64,000 nucleotides of DNA from Amoebophrya sp. A120 (taxonomy: Eukaryota; Protista; Dinoflagellata). Where the stretch lies: contig CAJINV010000001.1 in the NCBI GenBank assembly GCA_905178155.1, positions 4,816,747-4,880,746 on the forward strand, written 5' to 3'. Both the position numbers and the translations under genes were made by a program. Shown piece after piece: positions 52,301 through 61,300 of the stretch. Under the pieces are notes generated by a model that saw only the letters and a list, made by a program, of their open reading frames with translations, was not told the DNA's origin and did no database searches. Within the stretch, counting starts at the first letter, position 1. The number at the start of each line of letters is the position of its first letter.

Positions 52301-55300
52301 TATCAAAAGGAAAAATCCCCCCTCCCCATATCGAAAGCGAAATTTGTGATGCTGGATTTGAGAACACAAATCAGATTTGTCTTGCTGAAGAGGACTGCAG
52401 GCCTACATCAAGCCTGAGTAGAGAGGTTTTGGCCTAGGCGCTTAGCATGAGAAACGTCTGCGCTGTAGGCCAAACAGCATCACAAACCGCCTGCATAATG
52501 CGGCGGAGCCTGTGTAATTGCCTTCTTGCAAGACAGAGGCCGTTTGTGATCGCAAATCAGCATTGCAAACTTTCTGCGACGTGCCTTTTCGATATGGGGA
52601 GGGGGGATTTTTCCCCTGGATACGAGTGGGGCAGCGCCGAGTGGAGCGGCGACCAGCAGGGAGGAGGAGGTGTCGGGCCGGGGGCGTCCTCAAGTACCTG
52701 CTGGAATAACCGTAGTGGTGCTGGTGGCGCAGGCGCACCCCATAATTGTGCGCCTTACCAAGACAACGCTAGTACACCGCAACGCTTTCGTGCGGTGTTT
52801 CTGGCGGACGACTGGCAGGACGAGCGTGTGTCACACAAGCTGAGCCTGCTCGACTTCGATCCGCAAGAAAAAGAGCTCACCCTGATCAACTACTCGTCCG
52901 TGCTCCCCCCGCGGGCCTTTGCGGCGGGGCACACGGGGAACGAGAAACTCGGCCAGCACCAGAAACGCGCCAAGGGCAAGTTTGGCGATGGCTTGCAGTC
53001 GGCGTGCTCCGTTTTTGCCCGGAAAGGAAAACACATCCGGATCGACAGCGCACCTGGATACCAGTACACCTTTCAGTATCAACTGCAGGCCGGCCTCGAT
53101 AGCGTATTCACTTTGATGAATTTTTTTGGTGGTGCATTTTTGTTTTCATTTCGTTTTCGTCGTTTTTATGTGGGCACTCGCACCTCGTGTTTGTGAGTTG
53201 TACAAACACTGAGTCCAGCAAAGGCTAGCTGATTGTATTTCAACGAAAGTATTTTTCGGAGCAGCCTGCGTTTGCGTATTACATACCTACGTATACCACG
53301 TTGATCTCGTAGAAGGAAACAGAGAAGCTTTACTTCGTCACCAAAAAAAAAACCAGGTTTACACGCTGCATTACAAGTTGTCCGGGACCAGCGAAGTGTG
53401 CACCGCGGGTGGCGGCGATGGGTTTGGCCTCGATTGCGGGGACGACTTCAACTCGGCAACCGACACGCGCGTGCGGCTCCGGGGCGCCAACTTCGATCGG
53501 CAGCGGTACCTCTTTCTGAATCCCGAGGACATGAAAGACCGGTGCTTTCGCCCATTTCTGCGCCAAAAGGAAATGCCCAACAAGTACGAGATCCTCCGGG
53601 GTCCCTGTCTGCGGAATCGGATCTACGTCAAGGGCATGCTGGTGCAGCAGCCGCATTTGGACGACCACGGTGTATGGGGGTGTTTTCAAACGTTTTACTT
53701 TGTCACCTCTGTCACATGAATTCGTGATGCAAGTAAGGCAAAAGTGCAAAGCAAAACAAGGGCGATAAAGCTTGCGCCCCTTCTTGCATTAAAAACTCCT
53801 GACTTCTGCCGTGCTAGTAAATACGTCGAGCACTTGTCACGCGAAGTCGCTTGGTTTTGTGGAGTCTCGGGCTGATCGCAATTTTGCATGGCAAATCGTG
53901 CGACAGAAGACAATGTAAATAACATTTGAGAATCCCATACTCCGCGCGCATTGCCTTGAGCAAAACAGACAAGTACTTCGGGTACAACCTGCTCGAGTTT
54001 GACATGAAAAGCCGCGACCGGGAAAACAGTATCGACATGAGCCAGGAACGCCACGCCATCGTGCACGCCTGGCACGAGGTGCTGTGCAAGGCGTACGTGG
54101 ACAAGAGCGAACGGAGCCAGCGGGAGCACGAGGAGCGCGCCCGGGTGCTGTTCCGCGCGTTCGAACGCGCGCCGGAGTGCTTTGAGTGCAGCGTGATCGG
54201 CAGCTGCCCCGACCGGTATGGAAACGAGATCCGCCAAAAAATGTGGGAGTACTTCAAGAGCTACTACCAGGATCCGAAAAGATGCGCGGCGCCGGGGATG
54301 CCCGTTGCCCACGGAAACGACAGCAGGAAAAAGTACTTCAGAATAAAGCTGAACTTATGTTTAGAAGAAGGTAGCTAGACACGGCTGCAGCACGCGTGGC
54401 CCGTGCTGTTTGGGTCTGATGGATGCGCAACGTTGTTGCATAAAGCGTACTGGAGACAGATGTTGCATAAAGCGTACTGGAGAGTTCTTGTACTGGAGAC
54501 AGATGCAGTTCTCGACATACAAAATGTGAATTTTCTCAAAATCAAAAACAAGAAACCTGCAACAAAAATAAATAACTGCTGCTACCTAAATAGGTTGATC
54601 AAACGGTGTGGATACAATCCGGTGCAATTTCACTCTTCTTTGTGCAACATGCTGGCCTCCTTTCTCCCCGACCTGGAGCAGGAGTGGTTATCCAAGCGCG
54701 CAGTCCTGCTAGAACAGGAGAGCGAGGACGTGTCCCAAAGCGGCAAGATGATAAAGGACATAGCGACCGGGCTGTTCGGGGAGTTTTTTCGAAAACGCAT
54801 CGAGGAGGCGAAGCATGCCTGGAACGTGAAGATGCCCCCAGATGTTGCGAAAAGCGTCCGCGTCAGGGGCGTCGGGATGAAGCTGCAGGGTGGCGGTGGT
54901 ATTAACAGTTCTTCCGGCTCAACAACATCTGCTTCCTCCTCCATGTGGGGTGGCGGCCCCGCAACATCGGCTGCTTTCAGCCCGGTGAATCTGACCGTGA
55001 AAGTGGTCCACAGCCGGAATCGGGAGTGCCGCAGCGAGGTGGCGAGCCTGAGCGGTGACTCGTTGAACTACTTTTCGCTGAGCGGGTTTCCGACCCGGGG
55101 GGAGCGACTCGACGGTGTGTATGAGGTGCGCGAGAACTATGCAAGAAAAAAAAATGTGTTAGTGTAACTGCATCACAAATTTGCTCTACATGACAGAGAA
55201 AATCTGTCATGCGTGGCTTGTAAGGGAAAACACACATGAAAAGAGGACTTCATGGTTGTCTGGCATGACAGTTGTAACGTTGTTGCATGTTCTGCATTAC

Positions 55301-58300
55301 AGAGTTACACTTACACAGTTTTTTTCTTGCATAAGAACCAGGTAATGAACAATGTTTTCACCGCGTGGCAGATCACGAATCCGTACACGTATTACAGTAA
55401 AAAATGCCCCCACTCCCAAACAAGTCGCAAAGATTTGCGATGCGAAGTTTCCAAATGAAAACTTTTTGTCATGCATGAAAGAAGTGCGAATCTTTCTGAT
55501 GCAGATTCTAGGCGTGTATTGCATCGCTTGCATGACAAGCGCCACTCTTTCTGGGGTCTTTTGCAATACAAATTTTTGCTATTCACGATTGGAAACCTGT
55601 GATGCTGATAGATGCAAGAGGGCGAATGTTTCATTTGGAAAGGTTTGCAATACAAATGCTCCTAAGTTCGGGGGTGGGGGCATTTTTCACTTTGATAACA
55701 CGAAACAGAAGTTTCCCGTGAACCCGCAGGGCAATGCTGCCGGCACGACCATGAGCCACACCTACGTCCACAACGAACAACACTTTTTGTACAATGACTA
55801 CGGTAAGTGGCACCTGAACTACGCGAACAAGTTCAGCCGGCTGGGAAACTTCCGCGATTCCCGCCCGCTGGCTTCGTGCATCATGGGATTCTGCTATGAT
55901 TGTGTACAAGTGCAGCTTTTGGTTCCAACTCGTGTGGGTCCCCCTCATTAATTTGCAAATGCAAAAAACCAAATCATAATTAACTTTACTATAGGCACTG
56001 TCTGTTGGGCAAAGAACAGTACAACTTCTCCAATCTTCCGTGCGCAGATTCATTTTCTGTCGTTTCTGGTTTGTTTTGGTTACAGCTGCTGGTCGTCTTG
56101 CTGCTCATGCCATAAGCATCGATCGATGAGGGGCCGCGACGGCTTAGGACCACACGAGTTCTTTTGCACTCTTCGATATCTGGCACAGCAAAGACACCAA
56201 TGGGTGGATCGAGAACACGGCCCCCGTCGGTAACACTTTCAAGGGCAACAATGCGAAGGGGAAGGGAAAGCAGCAAGGCGGTGGTGGGGTTTATAATTTC
56301 GGAACAGCAAATAATGGCGGCGCCGGGGGTGAGCTGAATTCCATTTCAAACAGTAATCAGCGAGGGCAGAATATCCCACGAAAAAAGTGGTCTATGTATA
56401 GTTACACATTTGTTGTCAGTTCAGCAACACAAATTTTCTCTGCACCATGAGAGAGAAAACTTGCAATGCAGAGACCATAAAGGTGGCCAAGAAGACGTAC
56501 GAAATGAGGCTCGAAAGCATTTTGCGCATGACAGAGAGTGTCTCTGTTGCTTCGTCTGCAACAGCACAGTGTGCAACTGTAACATTTTTTTCTTTGCATA
56601 CAGAAGGAGGTGAAAATCGACGTGTGCAGCATGTTCGACCCGAACACGACCGCCCACTTTATGGCGTTCTCAAACGTTACATTCTCAACTGTCACATGAA
56701 TTTGTAATGCAAGACTAGCACAGGTGAGAGGGAGAACCTTGCGCGTCTTGCATTACAGGTTTGATCCGGATTACAGTGCTATTTAGCCTTCCGAGAATTT
56801 GTCATGCGAAGCAGCTTGATCGTCTGGCGGGTCATGGTCATTTTGCATGACAAATCATGTAACAGGTGAGAATGTAACGCTTGAGAACCCCATACACTTC
56901 TGCCTGACGATCAACACCAGCAACGCGAACGGGCGGGAGGACGATTACATCGCGGAGTTCAACCAGAAATTCGTAGGGGCGCAGCACCAGCAGCAGTCGT
57001 CCGCCGTGCACACGGTATGAACTGCAAATATGTCTGGGTCTGGAAGATTGCAGATGTTTGTGATGCAGAGTCTGCGTAAGTAACCCAGAAGAACTAGCAT
57101 GCAAGCCTCAGCATCACAGGTTTGGAGCAGGTTCCTCAATGCCTAATCCGCATGACAAATCCCCTTTGTCGGTGACACGAAAAAGGGGTACTGTTTCTGC
57201 CCATGCATGGCAGATTTTTCTATCACGTAAAATGCGCATCATAAGTTGCAACCTTCCAGACCCAGACATATTTGCAATTCATACACGGTCCCCAGCTACC
57301 AGATGTTTTGGCAGGAGATGGTGAACCAGGTGGAAATCGAGTGCGGCCGCCTACGGTGGTACATGAGCAAGGAGGAGAAGAAGTGCCTGATGCACACCGG
57401 GCTGTCGCAGTTGTGCCAGGGACTCGGGATTCAGACCACCGTGCAAATACAAACGATGCAGGATCTGTTATTCTGAGTAAAAACGTCCCCACCCCATAGT
57501 CAAGGAATTTCTCTGTGCTTTAAATTTGGTCTTTTCCAGTACATAAACACCCCATAGTCAAGATGGGAAAACTGCTAGACAAATCTACGAGCTTAGGTTG
57601 TTGCGCATGACAGGCTTGGCCTCATATTGTAATGCTGTTGAGCTCGTTCGGAAGCATCACAAATCTGGCCCACCGTGCTGATTGGAGCAGTACAAATTCC
57701 AAAACACGACTAGAAGTTGCTTCTCATGGGGCTCCGCATTAGAAACATTTTGAGCATGCGTTTTTGCATTACAACTATGGGGTGGAGACGTTTTTACATA
57801 GGATATCTGTTGAAGGAGCAGGACCTGGACAAGGACGACCAGGATCTTCAAAACGACATATCAAAATGAAAAATCCCCCCACCCCATGTCAAATCGAAGT
57901 TTGTGATGCTGGATTTGCGTACACCAATCAGATTTGTCTTGCTGGAGAGGACTGCAGGCCCATACCAAGCCTGAGCATAGAGGTTTTGGGCTAGGCTCTT
58001 AGCATGAGAAACGTCTGCGCTGTAGGCCCAACAGCATCACAAATCGCCTGCCTAGAGCGGCGGTTGTCTGTGGAGGTGCCTTCTTGCAAGACAGAGATGA
58101 TTTGTGGTCGCAAATCAGCATTGCAAATTTTCTGCTACGTACCTTCTCGATATGGGGAGGGGGGATCTTTCCTCACAATACGACATGTACTACAACGAGG
58201 ACGACGATAATTACCCGCCCGAGGTTCCGCCGTGCTGGGACGACGATGACTACGATGACGAGTTTCCGGTCGGACCGCAGGAGCAAGCCTCCTCGTCCTC

Positions 58301-61300
58301 GCGGATCCCCACCGGAGCCAATAACGCAAACAGCAAGGAGCAGAACACGACCAGTGGCAACAAGAAAGATCTCAATAAAGTAGACCACGACGAAGCACTG
58401 GATCAGCCGCGGCGAACGGCAAGCAACGCAAATGAGGCAATGCACGACAGCAGCAATCCGCTGTTCGAAATTCCGAACATGAAAGACGCGAACGGCAAAC
58501 CGCTGGTTCTTATGCATTGCAAATATGTCTGGGTCTGGATCTGGAAGGTTGCAACTTGTGATGCTGCATGTGGATACTACAAAAATCTGTATTGCATGAA
58601 CAGCAAAAGAGGTCCAGTTTATGCCACGGCGAGAGGGCATTTCTCATGCGGTATAGACATGAGGAAACCCTCACAAAATCTGTGATGCTACGGCATGCAT
58701 CACAGACGTCAGGAGTCATGCAAACTGCGCATGACAAACCTTGCATCCTTCCAGACCCAGACATATTTGCATTTGATAGTTCTGACCAGGGAGCAGCTGG
58801 AAAAGAAGAAGGTCGTCCGGTTTCCCATCAACGACGGAACAGCAGGCGCCGGAACGACCGCCGCGGACGCAGACAAAAAGAAAATCACCTCCAGTATGGG
58901 ATTCTCAATTGTTACATTCTCAACTGTTAATTTAACAGTGTTACATGAATTTCTGATGCAAGAATGGCAACAGGGAAAGGGCGGATCTTGCAACTCTGGC
59001 ATTACAAGTTAGGCACAAACTCCCATGCTGTTTAGCCCTTCCAAAATTTGTCATGCGAGGTAGCTTCACTGTGTGGACGTCGACGTGGACGTCGATGCCC
59101 ATTTTGCATGACAAATCATGTAACAGTTGAGAATGTAACATTTGAGAACGCCATATCCAGCCAGCGGCACGCGTACGAGAGCTACGACCTCGCCCAGACG
59201 CTAGCGGACACGAAATACAACCACAAGAATATTACAATGAAAAATGCCCGCACCCCCGAACTTGGGAGCATTTGTATTGCAAACCTTTCCAAATGAAACA
59301 TTCGCCCTCTTGCATCTATGTATCAGCATCACAGGTTTCCAATCGTGATGAATAGCAAAAATTTGTATTGCAAAAGACCCCAGCAAGAGCGGCGCTTGTC
59401 ATGCAAGCGATGCGATACACGCCGAGATTCTGCATCAGAAAGATTCATACTCCTTTCATGCATGACAAAAAGTTTTCATTTGCGAACTTCGCATCACAAA
59501 TTTCAGCGGTGGGGGGCACTTTTCACTGTAATAAAGAACGATCTGCTAGGGGAGAACGAACAAGACAACGGCTCTGAAGATGCAAACAACTCCGAGGTGA
59601 TCGACCGAAACAAGATGAACTCGTTGAACGTGCCTCACATGAACAAGTGCACACGCGAGCTTTTCTATCCCACGAAAAAACTGTTTCACTGTGAACTTGT
59701 GATGCATGGAATGGAACACAAAGCTATTTCTATTTGTCTTGCTACACGTGCAAGACATTGGATTTTTAAGGGTGTTTCCCCTTGGGAAGTGCGCATGGCA
59801 AATTTTCTGTGCCATGTGTGACAAACTTGTGATGCACATCTTGCAAAATCATCACAGTGAAACAGTTTTTTCCTGCGATATTCTCCGCAGTATCTTTAAT
59901 TTTGACCCTACCCGCCCCACGTGGAACGTAGTCAGTGCGAAGACCGTACGCGTGCAGGGAGAGAATTTTGATGCCGGTGTTGGAGAAGGTACAGCAACTG
60001 GAAGTGCAAGTTCCGCCGCTGTGACTGCTGGAGCTGCAAGTTCATCAAGCAGTAGCAGCTCCTCCTACTTATCGACCAACAATAAATGCGGAAATATTAG
60101 TAAAGGTGCAGATGATGACCCAAGGGTCCCGGGGTCGTCCTCCTACATTGAGTTGGACGTGATTCCCGCGGAGGGCAAGCCGTTCTGGCAGAATACCATG
60201 CTGGACGTCCTGCGGGCGGGACAGGGAAAGCCGATTCTGCTATCAGAAGGAAAAATCCCCCCTCCCCATATCGAAACGAAGTTTCTGATGCTGGATTTGC
60301 GTACACAAATCAGGTGTGTCTTGCAGTGAAGGACTGCAGGCCCATATCAGACCTGAGTAGAGAGGGGCTAGCCTAGGCGTTTAGCATGAGAAACGTCCAT
60401 GCTGTAGGCCCACCAGCATCACAGACCGCAGGCATAATGCGGCGGAGCCTGTAGAGTTGCCTTCTTGCAATACAGACGCGACTTATGGTCACAAATCCGC
60501 ATTACAAATTTTCGGAGGCGTGCCGTTTCGATATGGGGAGGGGGGATTTTTCCTTTTGATATCTGCGGAACCCGCAGGAGCAGGAGGAGTTCCGCAAAGA
60601 GCAGCTCGCTATCAAATGCAAAAATGTCTGGGTCTGGAAATTATCTAGACTTGTCATGCATGTTTTCCATGCCCCATGACGTCTGTGATGCATGCCGTAG
60701 CGTGACAGATTTGTAGAGCGCTTTGTGATACCTCTACCGCATGAGAAACGCCCTCTCCGCGTAGCACAAACTGGAGTCCTCTTCCCTGGTCATGCAATAC
60801 AATTTTTTTCAGAATCCAGCGACATTAGCACTTCCGGTTGGTAGAGCGATCGGCTACCGAGGCACGTCAGGGGGCGTCGCTACTTCAATTCAATTCAATC
60901 CAGCGACAGCATCACAAGTTTAGAATGTTCCAGACCCAGACATATTTGCATTTGATACTTGCCCAGCTTGACGAAGCGCTCCGCGTCCTGAACGCGTGGC
61001 GGGAGCAGATTGCCGACGGCGCCTGCATGGAGGCGGGGGGCTCAAAGGGAAAAGGGAAGAAGTCCTCTGCTTCGACCATCGCCAGTCGCATGGGCATGGG
61101 GATCCCCGACGGCGAGCAGCGGTGGCATACGGAAATAGGGCTACGCGACGATCGCAGTCGCTATCCCGCGGGGTACGAGCCGGAGAGCGACGAGGAGGAC
61201 GAGCAGGACGACACTTCTGATGAGGAAGAGGACGAGGAAGAAGAAGATACTATTACCTCTGCAGAAGAGGATATCACAAATACTACGAGTCAGAAGCTGC

